Virus record (IMG/VR): IMGVR_UViG_3300020407_000003
Coordinates: 1-64,000 of that record
DNA: 64,000 nucleotides
Direction: 5' to 3' (one strand)
Source of the DNA: an uncultured virus (IMG/VR IMGVR_UViG_3300020407_000003)
Taxonomy: Duplodnaviria; Heunggongvirae; Uroviricota; Caudoviricetes
Positions within the stretch are counted from its first letter, which is position 1. Every line of letters begins with the position of its first letter. Shown piece after piece: positions 19,352 through 29,504 of the stretch. The notes beneath the pieces were generated by a model, which worked only from the letters and a program-made list of their open reading frames with translations, was not told where the DNA came from and ran no database searches. A program made the position numbers and the translations under genes.

Positions 19352-20135
19352 GTTAGGTGAGTATGGTATTAACATAGGTACGTCAGTTGCTTTAGAGGAA
19401 GGTTTTAGTCAACTAGAGACATTCCCTAAAACCTTTTGGGTAAACATACGTACCTTGCTCAGAAACACCTACGGTGCTATCAGCGATAACGTGGGTATTA
19501 GCGACATTGCTTTAATTGAAGCGATGGATGAAGAAATGGAAGGATTGGAAGCCGCCATTGTTGCATTGAGTAAAGAACAAACCTCAGTGGTATTCTACCA
19601 TACGTCACATGCGACAATAGATAAACAGTTTCCTAAAGCTCAGCTTAAGAAGTTAAAGACACCTGGACAGTTGCAATATCGCGTCATAGAACGTTCAGTG
19701 TGTAAGAAGCTTCTTTCGCAAAACACTAACATCCGCCAGTTTGACGTTGCTGTAAGAGGTGACAGATCAACAGCCATGATGTTAAGTCATTACCCTATCG
19801 ACTTGTTATCCCACACTTACTTTGATCGCCTAAGTCTTATAGAGAGCCATACAGGTGCGATAAAGAAAAAGGACAAATGGAATACCAAGTTGACCGGAGG
19901 TAAGCAGTTAACTCACATGCCTTTCAACAGCATGACGTTACAGGTGTATGGGGATGGTGCAACTAATTTTAACACCATGCCACATCGTATTAAGGTCACG
20001 CTTAATGAGTTAGCTAAGGAGAAACGTTGGCACGCGTTAACTACCAAAGATAAAATGCTGTATGATATCAACACCTTAACGGATAAGATAGCAGCCAGTT
20101 TTTACAAGCAACTGCTGGCTGTGAGTGTCAGATAA
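19335..20135 (+). CDS. Conserved jumbo-phage protein (phiKZ gp66-like)
   Basis: AGGAG RBS; WVNIRTLLRN, HYPIDLL, LIESHTG, W-N-TKL motifs; synteny. Confidence 0.65.
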   Translation: MDLTRELGEYGINIGTSVALEEGFSQLETFPKTFWVNIRTLLRNTYGAISDNVGISDIALIEAMDEEMEGLEAAIVALSKEQTSVVFYHTSHATIDKQFPKAQLKKLKTPGQLQYRVIERSVCKKLLSQNTNIRQFDVAVRGDRSTAMMLSHYPIDLLSHTYFDRLSLIESHTGAIKKKDKWNTKLTGGKQLTHMPFNSMTLQVYGDGATNFNTMPHRIKVTLNELAKEKRWHALTTKDKMLYDINTLTDKIAASFYKQLLAVSVR

Positions 20136-20188
20136 TACATAGACCAGCAATAACATGAAGACAAATTAGCCCATAAAGGAACCCTCTA

Positions 20189-20890
20189 ATGGCCGATAAT
20201 AACTTTCGCCGTCCACCTCGCAAGAAGAATGTGTTGGACGAGACAAAACTACGCCTTAGCGCCGATCCCGTATCTGGTTCTAAGCGTCGCCCTTCTCTTG
20301 CGTTTAGTGTGGTAAAGAACAACCCACGTATTGACATCTATACCAATGTAGAGGGTGATAAGAACAACGGTAACATCCGTGCAGCAATGGACGCGCCAGT
20401 ATTCTTTGCTCTAATTGGATTGGTTGAAAAGGCCATTGAATCAGAACCAGGTCAGCGTTTTGTAATTCAAAACAAGAACTATAAATGGTTCGGCCAAGGT
20501 AAGAAATCTGATGCACCGGTAAACCTAAGCGATACCTTAGTAGGTAAGGATGCTGAAGGTCGTATCTTTATCAGCGTTATTGATAAAGAAGATAATAGCC
20601 GTCCTAAGATCAAGTTTATCTTTAGCTCAGGTTACTGGCATGACTTATTCCATGGTGATGGTTCACCATTTAGCGAAGCGGAAGATAGCGTACTGTGTGC
20701 CAAGGCATTTACTGAAATGCTTAAAGGTCTAGTACCGTTAGTTATGGCTAACGAATATACCCCACCACCACCTCGCGATCAACAAGGTGGATCTGGTTAT
20801 GGCGGCGGCAATAAAGGCGGCGGCAATAACTACAATGGCGGCGGTCAGTCTTCGTCACCAACCATTGACTTTGATGATGATATCTTTTAA
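20189..20890 (+). CDS. chmC: ChmC-like nucleus-associated RNA-binding protein (phiKZ gp67-like)
   Basis: Directly upstream of the sigma-like subunit gene; beta-rich body with G/N-rich disordered tail ending DFDDDIF. Confidence 0.6.
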   Translation: MADNNFRRPPRKKNVLDETKLRLSADPVSGSKRRPSLAFSVVKNNPRIDIYTNVEGDKNNGNIRAAMDAPVFFALIGLVEKAIESEPGQRFVIQNKNYKWFGQGKKSDAPVNLSDTLVGKDAEGRIFISVIDKEDNSRPKIKFIFSSGYWHDLFHGDGSPFSEAEDSVLCAKAFTEMLKGLVPLVMANEYTPPPPRDQQGGSGYGGGNKGGGNNYNGGGQSSSPTIDFDDDIF

Positions 20891-20909
20891 TCATCACGGT
20901 TAATTATTT

Positions 20910-20941
20910 AAAAGGTAGGCGTTGGCCTACCTTTTATGCCC
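20910..20941 (+). terminator. Terminator with TATGCCC
   Basis: AAAAGGTAGGC/GCCTACCTTTT stem, then ATGCCC. Confidence 0.8.
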
Positions 20942-20954
20942 ATTAGTGTATGCC

Positions 20955-20977
20955 AAACAACTTAACACCTACATTAT
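20955..20977 (+). promoter_or_regulatory. 23-bp promoter element, copy 1
   Basis: AAACAACTTAACACCTACATTAT, identical at 25778-25800. Confidence 0.75.
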
Positions 20978-21016
20978 TTAATCGAACCTTTCCCCTAACG
21001 ATCAAAAGAGGTATAT

Positions 21017-22579
21017 ATGAAAATCACTATTGCACAGCGCAAGCCAAACGGAATAGCGTCTGTACTGACTAGCCATGGTGATCGTAGTCATGAGTGGATG
21101 TTAAGCCCGTATGAGCGTACGTCCTTTCAAAACCCTGATAACATTTTCAACAATGCCAATGCGTACTTAGAAAAACTAGATAAAGAAACGCAGCATCGCA
21201 TTTGGTCCATCTATGACGATATCTATTTAGCATTTGAAGAAATAGAAAACATAGATGTACTTCAAGAAACAGTAACGGAACTTGTAAACCGGTTATACTC
21301 ATTTATTGACGTAGATGCGCTGCGTCTATGGTGTAACCTCTACGGTGTGTATAACATGCCGCCTGATCTACAAGATACGTATAGTGAGGGCTTTACACGA
21401 GAACTTACTTATCTAAGAAGTGACTATAAAGGTCTATTGTTCTTAACTACCGCATTGCGTTACATGGTACCTATTTGGGGTGAATACATTAAACGTAATA
21501 AGGCAGAGATAGGTACAGCATATAAGGAATACATGGCAACAGCGTTAATAGGTCAGTCTGATTTATACGAGACACCTGAGATCGCCCGACTAATCGAATA
21601 CATCGAAGCACGTATCGGTAACCAAGATACATTGAAGCCTACTACCATACATGGTGGTCTAGGTAGCGTGCAGCAGACAGATTGGTTATTGTCACGTACT
21701 CTACTAGGTCGTATTGCTGTAGCGGAAACTGATAAACCCGATGGGTCTATCATCTCTACTATCTATAACGTTATTACCAATCTCATTGAGAACATGGATA
21801 AAACGTTTGGTTCAGGTGGGATGATATTAGACATAGATCGTTATCGACCTAAGCGTGGTGAGGAGCGTGAGGATAATGATTCAGTTGCAGAGAACCTGCA
21901 AGTGTCGCAGCGTGTATCAGATGTACATCCTATCATAGCCGAGACCTATGTATCTAAGTACGTGGACATGGCTAAGGAGCTTTCTCCAACAGTACCGATA
22001 CGGTTGGTAAAGGAATGTGTAGTAAGGTTAACCAAAGCGGACGATTTAGACATTGAACCGTTCAGAGTTAACCTGGTGGCGATAATTGCATCAGAGGCAG
22101 TCTCTATACGTTCTCTGCATTCACTACACCACCCGGAGTTATTGCGACTAATAGGTGTTGCACAGGCTATATTGATCCATCATGGGTTTGATGATCTAGC
22201 CCATGTGTTAACAGCTCGTTGTCAGCCGCAAGACCCAACCATTATTAAAGGTGATACGTATAGTAATAATACGCGTTCACGACTTACTAAAGACAATGTA
22301 GATGCGTTGATGAGACTTTATCCACATTACAAGTTAAAGACTCGTCCAGGTGAACGTAAGAAAACAGATTGCGAGGGTGTTGAATTTATAGAGGGATTCA
22401 ATAAACATACCCAGGCGTATGATTGGTTCTACAATTCACCTGACACATTGTTACAAAAGTCTACCCCGCCAGCAGTAAATGGCAAGCCGTTATTGATCTC
22501 TACAGATATTAGAAACCAACTGGCTAGTATGCTTCTAACATTCTTAGATCGACCGGTACAGTCTGAGCAGACTGTTTAA
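21017..22579 (+). CDS. nvRNAP promoter-specificity (sigma-like) subunit (phiKZ gp68-like)
   Basis: 520 aa; TYLRSDY..L and PIWGEYI motifs; synteny. Confidence 0.75.
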   Translation: MKITIAQRKPNGIASVLTSHGDRSHEWMLSPYERTSFQNPDNIFNNANAYLEKLDKETQHRIWSIYDDIYLAFEEIENIDVLQETVTELVNRLYSFIDVDALRLWCNLYGVYNMPPDLQDTYSEGFTRELTYLRSDYKGLLFLTTALRYMVPIWGEYIKRNKAEIGTAYKEYMATALIGQSDLYETPEIARLIEYIEARIGNQDTLKPTTIHGGLGSVQQTDWLLSRTLLGRIAVAETDKPDGSIISTIYNVITNLIENMDKTFGSGGMILDIDRYRPKRGEEREDNDSVAENLQVSQRVSDVHPIIAETYVSKYVDMAKELSPTVPIRLVKECVVRLTKADDLDIEPFRVNLVAIIASEAVSIRSLHSLHHPELLRLIGVAQAILIHHGFDDLAHVLTARCQPQDPTIIKGDTYSNNTRSRLTKDNVDALMRLYPHYKLKTRPGERKKTDCEGVEFIEGFNKHTQAYDWFYNSPDTLLQKSTPPAVNGKPLLISTDIRNQLASMLLTFLDRPVQSEQTV

Positions 22580-22615
22580 ACCCCCTTTTAAAAAATAACT
22601 ACGTAAATAGGAAGT

Positions 22616-24112
22616 GTGAAAATGCTACAATCTAACATGACAGTACAACGTTTGATGTTCTTCGAGATGGGCAGCTACCATGCGTTAGCTCTCCGCCCAT
22701 ACCAAACACACACGGATGCTCAGTCTATAGGTATTTTCAATGACGTGACTAACGGTGGTACTAACCTAAGTACCAATGCAGTAGCGCAAGGTTGTGATGG
22801 CTTGGTAAGACCATCAGCACAGGCTGCTGGAATGGCAAACATAGCAGGAGGATGGGATGAACGTCGCTTTGTATTCCTCATGCATGTCTCTTTTGAGAAA
22901 ATGGGTGTCACTATTTATCAAGTATTATCTGGTTACACTGACCGTTTTGACCTTAGTCTAAATGGGACATTGAGCCCTGACATGATGCTGCACTTCAATA
23001 ACTCTGTTGAAATTAGACAGAGTGCTATATTAGGTGCAAACGGCCGACAAATGCAAATGTCAGTACGCGATGCGTCACACATCCTTACAGATAGCGTTGG
23101 TGGTGTTAACCAAAATGGATATCCAGGAGGCTGGGGTGCAGGTACGCAGAGTCTGAACTATTCGTGTAGTATGCGTCCAATGGATATCTTCCATAGAAGT
23201 GGAGTTCCTAGTGTGCTTCACGAAAGCTCTTATACCAACAATGCTGTTGATGGTCGTGTGAGCTTCCTACAAGGACCTAAGAAGAGCCGACGCTCTAACT
23301 CATCAGCCCCTGTGTATCTAAGTCGTCTGCTAACTGCACAGCAAACAGCAGAAAGAAACAGCTTAGACGCAATGGACGATGACCAAACGATCCACAACGC
23401 AGCAGCAGGTCAGGTAATTGAGCAAAGCATGATGGATGATGGTTTCATCTCAACACTAGATAATCACAGCCAGATCATGTCAACCGCAGCAATTAGTTAT
23501 GGCGAGTTATGCTCATTTAACCCCCACGTAGATGGTATTACTCAAGTTATTAAACGTAAAGCTGGTGCTCCAATGCGTCACGGTCGTGATTCAAACCACT
23601 GGAACGGTGCTAACAATGAAACACTTATTGCTACAATCCTAAGTCACTCAGTACCTGCGCTGATGCTAGATTTGATGCTATTAGGTGTAGAGTTTACAGC
23701 AACTAACAGTACAATAGATAGCGATTACGCAGTTGCCGTAACTGGTGCTAACAGTTTTGCTGAAGGTATTGACTTACAGCCATATGTAACACGTTTCATT
23801 GACCGTTTGAAGTTTGAGATACTATCGGATATTTCGCGCCGTAACCGCATCTCATTTGGCATCCACATGCGCTGTGATGTGGTAGCAGACACAACCATAG
23901 ATATCACGTTAGACGGCAATACAGAGCGTTTCACGATGCCTAGCTTCTGCGACGCATTAGCAACACCTGTATTTACCACACAACGTACCGATCTAGATAA
24001 CGTTGCTAATGACATTATGTCAATTAGTAACAACCTAGAGGCCACGGCAGCAATGCACTACGACCATGGTCAATCGCCTATAGTAACCCCCTTTGACAAT
24101 CAAGGAGTATAA
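22616..24112 (+). CDS. picA: PicA/Imp1 phage-nucleus protein import factor (phiKZ gp69-like)
   Basis: 498 aa; RPY, GWDERRF, GYTD, RPMDIF, PSFCD motifs; lies between gp68-like and gp70-like genes; ATG 22622 is an alternative start. Confidence 0.7.
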   Translation: MKMLQSNMTVQRLMFFEMGSYHALALRPYQTHTDAQSIGIFNDVTNGGTNLSTNAVAQGCDGLVRPSAQAAGMANIAGGWDERRFVFLMHVSFEKMGVTIYQVLSGYTDRFDLSLNGTLSPDMMLHFNNSVEIRQSAILGANGRQMQMSVRDASHILTDSVGGVNQNGYPGGWGAGTQSLNYSCSMRPMDIFHRSGVPSVLHESSYTNNAVDGRVSFLQGPKKSRRSNSSAPVYLSRLLTAQQTAERNSLDAMDDDQTIHNAAAGQVIEQSMMDDGFISTLDNHSQIMSTAAISYGELCSFNPHVDGITQVIKRKAGAPMRHGRDSNHWNGANNETLIATILSHSVPALMLDLMLLGVEFTATNSTIDSDYAVAVTGANSFAEGIDLQPYVTRFIDRLKFEILSDISRRNRISFGIHMRCDVVADTTIDITLDGNTERFTMPSFCDALATPVFTTQRTDLDNVANDIMSISNNLEATAAMHYDHGQSPIVTPFDNQGV

Positions 24113-24114
24113 CC

Positions 24115-25335
24115 ATGAGCCGCCTAATAAATCTTTATAAAACCATACTGACCTCGGCGGGTCTTGAGTCTGATGCGCAAGGACGTATCTATCAAAAGTT
24201 AGCAGGGGAGTCAATCCCCTGTACAGTAGGTGAGAAATCGCTATTGCTGCCAACCAAAGAAGTATTGAAAGATACGGACTGGACAAGCGCTATTGCATTT
24301 CATCCACTTAGTGAGAACGTGGCTCGTGGTGAGTCACCTATTATCAAGAAGCTTAAAGAGCTACTACTTACGCGTGCTACTCGTGTATTAGATGGTTTAG
24401 CGTTTCAACTGCTATCAATGGCGGCGAATACGCAAACGCACGAGAAGTTCTCACCGGCACAACTTGAATACCTGACGTACCTTAAAGATGCAGATGGTAA
24501 GATGGTAGATGCTTATCGCAAGATGATAGGTTCGGTGACCATTGATGGTAAGCACCGTTTGATTAACATGTACCTAAAACGCTCAGGTACACTCAACGGT
24601 ACTAAGTACGCCCGTCTTTGTATTACCAGCTTACCAATACTGGATAAGTCTGATGAGAGTGAGCGAACGTTGTTTGGCCATAAGGTGAGAAAACGTGACT
24701 TTACCTCTATTCCTCAGTTATTTGAATACATCCTACCTGGTGTTAACGAAAACGCATACAGCTACGGTACGCATAACAAAACGGCACCGTTCTTCCATGC
24801 GCTAATGCTAAGTTACCTTAACATCGCTAAACAACTTAACCAGCGTGTTGAGATGTTTAAAGAGCATCTAGTAGATGTGGATGACTTGCTAATTGATGTA
24901 AGCTTTGAAGCTGAAATGGGTTGTCTATCGGACATGCGTGATGAGATCCCACCACTAGAAGGTAATCAGGGTGATGTTGAAAACAAAGCCCCAGATACTA
25001 CAGCTAGCGTGGCTAAGCCTGGTAATGCACCAGCATCAACGCCTAAGCCAGTGGAATCTAAGCCATCGGCTCCTGCTAAGTCAGGCGGTGCTCGTGAATG
25101 GAATACCATATCAGGAAACCGTGGTCATGGTAACGGCTACCAACCAGCAAACACTGGATGGAGTAATGCAGCGTATGCACCACCACCAAGTGGTCGTGCT
25201 GCGGCAATGCAGAAACAACGCCAGGTTGCTTATAACAATTCACCTTGGAATCAGGGTCAGAATGCTGGATGGGGTAACCCGCAACCACAGAACACAGGTT
25301 GGAACCAAGGTGGTTCCAACGGTGGTGGTGTTTAA
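24115..25335 (+). CDS. Conserved nucleus-block protein (phiKZ gp70-like) with low-complexity tail
   Basis: LPT...FHPLSEN..RGES, IPPLEGNQG; Q/N/G/W-rich C-terminus. Confidence 0.7.
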   Translation: MSRLINLYKTILTSAGLESDAQGRIYQKLAGESIPCTVGEKSLLLPTKEVLKDTDWTSAIAFHPLSENVARGESPIIKKLKELLLTRATRVLDGLAFQLLSMAANTQTHEKFSPAQLEYLTYLKDADGKMVDAYRKMIGSVTIDGKHRLINMYLKRSGTLNGTKYARLCITSLPILDKSDESERTLFGHKVRKRDFTSIPQLFEYILPGVNENAYSYGTHNKTAPFFHALMLSYLNIAKQLNQRVEMFKEHLVDVDDLLIDVSFEAEMGCLSDMRDEIPPLEGNQGDVENKAPDTTASVAKPGNAPASTPKPVESKPSAPAKSGGAREWNTISGNRGHGNGYQPANTGWSNAAYAPPPSGRAAAMQKQRQVAYNNSPWNQGQNAGWGNPQPQNTGWNQGGSNGGGV

Positions 25336-25344
25336 ATAATAAAG

Positions 25345-25393
25345 ACGGCATAAGTAGAGGGGTCAAACCCTCTACTTGTCTTTTTTTGCCGTC
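25345..25393. terminator. Bidirectional terminator flanked by inverted T(A/T)TGCCGT
   Basis: ACGGCATA, then AAGTAGAGGG/CCCTCTACTT stem, then TTTTTTTGCCGT. Confidence 0.85.
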
Positions 25394-25429
25394 AGGCTGT
25401 CGATTTTTACATAGTAAACAGATAATATG

Positions 25430-25765
25430 TTAAACTCTATTAGCTAAATGCATAGACTTTAAACGTTCTATTTCTTCTATAGCAGGCATGATAACCGTGT
25501 TCTTGTCTTTATAGTCACTAGGGTGCTCATAGCCGTTTACACGCAGCATGATCCAATGGTACTTAGTGGCTACATCTAACTCTAACATAAGACCATAGAA
25601 GTCGGACTCCTGTCTATATACACGGTGTTCGTCAATCACAGCAGTTTGGGTCTTTTCATGATTACGTAGATACTTTAAATGCGTTTCAATCATGATGCGA
25701 AAATCAGGGTCATAGTAAACATCAGCGCCATTAGTTCGCTGTAGTTCATGAATTTTTAACGTCAT
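25430..25765 (-). CDS. Conserved small protein, T4 gp53/LysM-like baseplate-type pattern
   Basis: AGGAG RBS before ATG 25765; YHWIMLRVNG...P pattern. Confidence 0.55.
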   Translation of the reverse strand: MTLKIHELQRTNGADVYYDPDFRIMIETHLKYLRNHEKTQTAVIDEHRVYRQESDFYGLMLELDVATKYHWIMLRVNGYEHPSDYKDKNTVIMPAIEEIERLKSMHLANRV

Positions 25766-25777
25766 CGAGCTTCTCCT

Positions 25778-25800
25778 AAACAACTTAACACCTACATTAT
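25778..25800 (+). promoter_or_regulatory. 23-bp promoter element, copy 2
   Basis: Identical to 20955-20977; upstream of nvRNAP beta. Confidence 0.75.
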
Positions 25801-25846
25801 CTTAGAGCAACAAATAACATAAGCCCTTTACATAGGATAATTAACC

Positions 25847-27030
25847 ATGTCCAATAATAATACATCCGAATTACATCCGGAGTTAATGGGTCTAGGTAAT
25901 AACTTAGATTCATTTGGTAAACATAACTCAGCCTCTCGTAGAAAGATGTTCTCATCTCACTTGAGTCAGGCATTGGTTATTGAGGGTTCGACCCCTAAGC
26001 GCATTCAGACAGGTGCTGAGCGCGAGCTTGGTAAATACACTAAAGCTATAAAGATGCCGGTTGATGCATCTATAATTAAAGTCATTCAGCGTTATCCTCG
26101 CCGACCAGGTGCTGATTCTATCAAAGAGAACCCAGCCACGGCTATTATTTACGAAGATGTCAATACACAGGAAGTTGATATCTTGATGGTTGAGAACTAT
26201 TGTTCCGATCATAACACGTTTGGGTTTCAGTATTACTCCACACCGGCAATGGAGAAAATCTATCCAGGAATGCAGGTTCCTAAGGGTACAGTACTTGCTA
26301 AATCCAAGTCGCTTAAGGATGACGGTAACTATGCTTATGGCTTAGAAGCAAACGTTGCCTATATGTCTTTACCGGCTACCATTGAGGATGGTTTTATTAT
26401 CAGTGAGTCTATGGCGGAAAGACTTACTACTACCATGACCGGTTCTCGCGTAGCTAGCTGGGGTAAGGAGTATTACCCGCTTAACTTATACGGTGATGAA
26501 AACAACTACAAGCCATTCCCAGACATTGGTGATAAAATACGTGAAGATGGGCTACTGTTCGCTCTGCGTAAATACGATCCAGCACTTGGGATGGTAGAGA
26601 TGACACCTAGGGCGTTGATGACACCAGACTACACGTATGATAAACTAACGTATGTTTCACCTGCAGCCGGTGCGACGGTTTATGACGTCGTGGTCGATAT
26701 GGATCACAACCTACCTTACAGCATTACGCCTGTGGGGATGAATGCGCAGCCTGATAAATACATGCGTCTGCGTGATCAGTTCTACGAATCTATTTACAAT
26801 GAATATCGTCGTCTTGCCAAACATCGTGGTAAGGGTCTTCAATTGTCAGGTAGATTTACTAACTGGGTAACACAGGCCATTGCTAATAAGCCTAATGCTT
26901 CACCCCATAAGGTCACACGTAAGTATCGCTATACCCCACTTGACGATCGTCGCGTAGAAATTAAATATGCGAAGAAAGTAAAAGCCACTAAAGGGTTTAA
27001 GCTTACTGATAGTTCAGGAAGTAAAGGGGT
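25847..27030 (+). CDS. nvRNAP beta subunit, exon 1 (phiKZ gp71-like)
   Basis: EDGFIISES; ends GFKLTDSSGSKGV, equivalent to RpoB GDKxxxRHGxKGV. Confidence 0.88.
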
Positions 27031-28627
27031 TAACTAAACATTATAGGAAAATAAATGAAGAAACAGGCTTATATCGATTTAGGTCGTGGTAAGTATGGGG
27101 ATCAGTTCGATTACTCATTACTACCTACCACGGTTCCTAAGAGAGGGCCTGTGGATATAATTTGTAAAACACACGGTAAATTCACGGTAATATCTAGAGA
27201 CCATTTGCGCACTAAATACGGTTGCCCCCGTTGCGCTTGTGAATCTAGAGGCAACGTTAAGACAAAGGATACAATAAAAGCTTGCAAGCTTAAGTTTAAT
27301 GACAAGTTTGATTACTCTCAGGTGAGTGAAAAGGCTAGTCAATCTGACGCTGTAATAATAGTCTGTCCAAGACACGGCAGCTTAACTACTACATTAAGGA
27401 AACATTTACATTCATTAACGGGATGTGAGCGGTGTGGTAGGGAGCAGCGTAGTGAAACGGTACGCAAGTACGACTCTATAGAAACACTATCAAAGTTAAT
27501 TGATAGTAAATACACTTTGAGTAATTTTAATATTGCGAAAGCAACAGTTGATTTTACATGTCCTGAACATGGTACTGTGACCCGTAGCGTTACAAGTATT
27601 AGTGAAGGTAGAGGCTGCATGCCTTGTTTCTACGATAGATTGAGAATAACAAGATCACAGTTTTTAAGAAGAGCCGCTAAGGTACATGGTAAAGAATACA
27701 TCTATTGCATTGGTGAATTGAAAACCACTAACCACTGGATGACCATGAAACACTTGAAATGTGGTATTGTTAGTAAAGTTAGAGTCAGTAATCATCTATC
27801 TGGTCAGTCTTGCATGAAATGCAAAGTTTCATCGCTGGCTGAGGTGCGTATTGCTGACTTCTTAAAAAGAAACAAGATACGCTACAAAGAGCAGTTTAAA
27901 ATAAAAGGTCACCTTTACAGGTACGACTTTTTCATACCTGGCATAAATCTACTTATTGAATACGATGGCGAGCAACACTTTAGACCCGTTGACTTCTTTG
28001 GTGGATTAATCGCTTGGGAGAAAACTGTAGAGCGGGATAAAGAAAAAGACCATCTCGCAAAAAGTCACGGCTACAACCTTATACGTATCTCGTATAAGAG
28101 TTTTGATACTGTGGAAAAGACGCTGTCTAGGGCAATAGACAGTAAATTTAAATACCGTGTTAATAATAAGTTTTACAGAAACTTCATTGAACTTTGCAAT
28201 GCTTTAAAACTTTCACCGGATACTTCAGTGAAAGACGTAGAGCATTATCGAAGCTATAATGTTTTATCAGCCTGCTTAGATAGTAATGTCTAAGTAATCC
28301 TCCTTTAACTGCGGGGACGTCCTTAGAGACTATACTACCAACCTGTCCTAGTAATAGAGGCGGGGGCGTTGCTAACTACAACGATACGGTAAAAAGGTAT
28401 AGTATTGGATAATCCGCATCCAAGCACCCTACCTACGTACGTAGAGGGTGAAGGTTCAACGACTAAGGCCTACCAAGCCTGTACTGTGCAAGCGCATGGG
28501 AAATGGGGAGCTACCTTTAGTAAAACCTATATTACTAAAGGTAGAAGATATAGTCTAGTCTGCATGGAAACATGCAGGAGTTCATAAGAGAACCGGTCTA
28601 CCGTAGCGAGGTAGATTGAATATAACG
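27031..28627 (+). mobile_element. Group I intron (IA2-like) in nvRNAP beta gene
   Basis: P 28307-28318, Q 28411-28420, R GTTCAACGACTAA 28454-28466, S AAGATATAGTCT 28545-28556; 5' exon ends in T and intron ends in G; splicing gives in-frame KGVVVEVWSDSQMP (686 aa total). Confidence 0.9.
27055..28293 (+). CDS. Intron-encoded homing endonuclease: tandem Zn-finger repeats plus Vsr/DUF559-like PD-(D/E)XK domain
   Basis: Four repeats of FDYS...CxxHG...GCxxC type (the fourth degenerate); C-terminal YDFFI...IEYDGEQHF. Confidence 0.82.
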   Translation: MKKQAYIDLGRGKYGDQFDYSLLPTTVPKRGPVDIICKTHGKFTVISRDHLRTKYGCPRCACESRGNVKTKDTIKACKLKFNDKFDYSQVSEKASQSDAVIIVCPRHGSLTTTLRKHLHSLTGCERCGREQRSETVRKYDSIETLSKLIDSKYTLSNFNIAKATVDFTCPEHGTVTRSVTSISEGRGCMPCFYDRLRITRSQFLRRAAKVHGKEYIYCIGELKTTNHWMTMKHLKCGIVSKVRVSNHLSGQSCMKCKVSSLAEVRIADFLKRNKIRYKEQFKIKGHLYRYDFFIPGINLLIEYDGEQHFRPVDFFGGLIAWEKTVERDKEKDHLAKSHGYNLIRISYKSFDTVEKTLSRAIDSKFKYRVNNKFYRNFIELCNALKLSPDTSVKDVEHYRSYNVLSACLDSNV

Positions 28628-29504
28628 AGTCGTAGAAGTGTGGTCAGATAGTCAAATGCCTGTGGGTCAAAATGGTTTACGTGCAGATGTTATCATGGAT
28701 CCTATCTCGCCGGTTAAGCGTATTAACTTGTCTCAGCTTTACGAGCAATATGTTAATGCAACTAGCCATATGGTGACATGTGTAGTTAGAGATCTGATGG
28801 GTAATGGCGAGCACCAGCAAGCGTGGGAGTATTTGAAAGAGTACTACAGTGTGGTATCACCGCCAATGATTCAAACTATCAACGAGGTGTTAAACAACGA
28901 TCGCCGGATAGCTACGCATTTAGACATCATTGCTGCTGAGGGTATTTATCTCTACCTTCCTGTAGATAGCATACACATTGGACCTAAATTAATCCAAGAC
29001 CTCCGCACTAAGTTTCCAGTGGATATACAGCCGGTTACTTATTCGCCCGATGGTGTTAACCAGGTAACTACAATTGATCCTGTATTAATAGGGTCTAAGT
29101 ACATGATGTTATTAGAAGCAGCACCAGATAACTGGTCATCTGTATCTACCGCTAAACTACAGCATCATGGTTTACCTGCTAAAGCATCTAAGAGCGATCG
29201 TTATGGTTCACCTAACCGTGAACTACCTGTGCGTATCATGGGTGAGGATGAAGTTAGACTACTTAATGCTGCTCTAGGATCTGACGTAACGGCTGATCTA
29301 TTAGATCGCTCTGCATCCCCAACCACACAGAAAGCTATTATTCGTTCAATATTAAACTCCGATAAACCAAGCAATGTTGAAAGTAACGTTAATCGTCGCA
29401 AATTCCCAATGGATAACGCGCGACCATTGGTATACGTTAAACACTTATTAAGTTGCGCAGGTGTTAAATTTGTAAGAGGGACGTACGATCATGAGAAAGT
29501 TTAA
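28628..29504 (+). CDS. nvRNAP beta subunit, exon 2 (phiKZ gp73-like)
   Basis: MP...ADVIMDP...RINLSQLYE, GSKYMMLL, VRIMGEDE match RpoB C-terminal motifs. Confidence 0.88.

Noticed and set aside
28405..28587. 60-aa ORF
   Set aside because: Lies entirely over the Q/R/S ribozyme core; no RBS.
25847..29504. RNAP beta as a broken pseudogene or two separate genes
   Set aside because: Removing the group I intron 27031-28627 restores a continuous 686-aa frame across the KGV motif.
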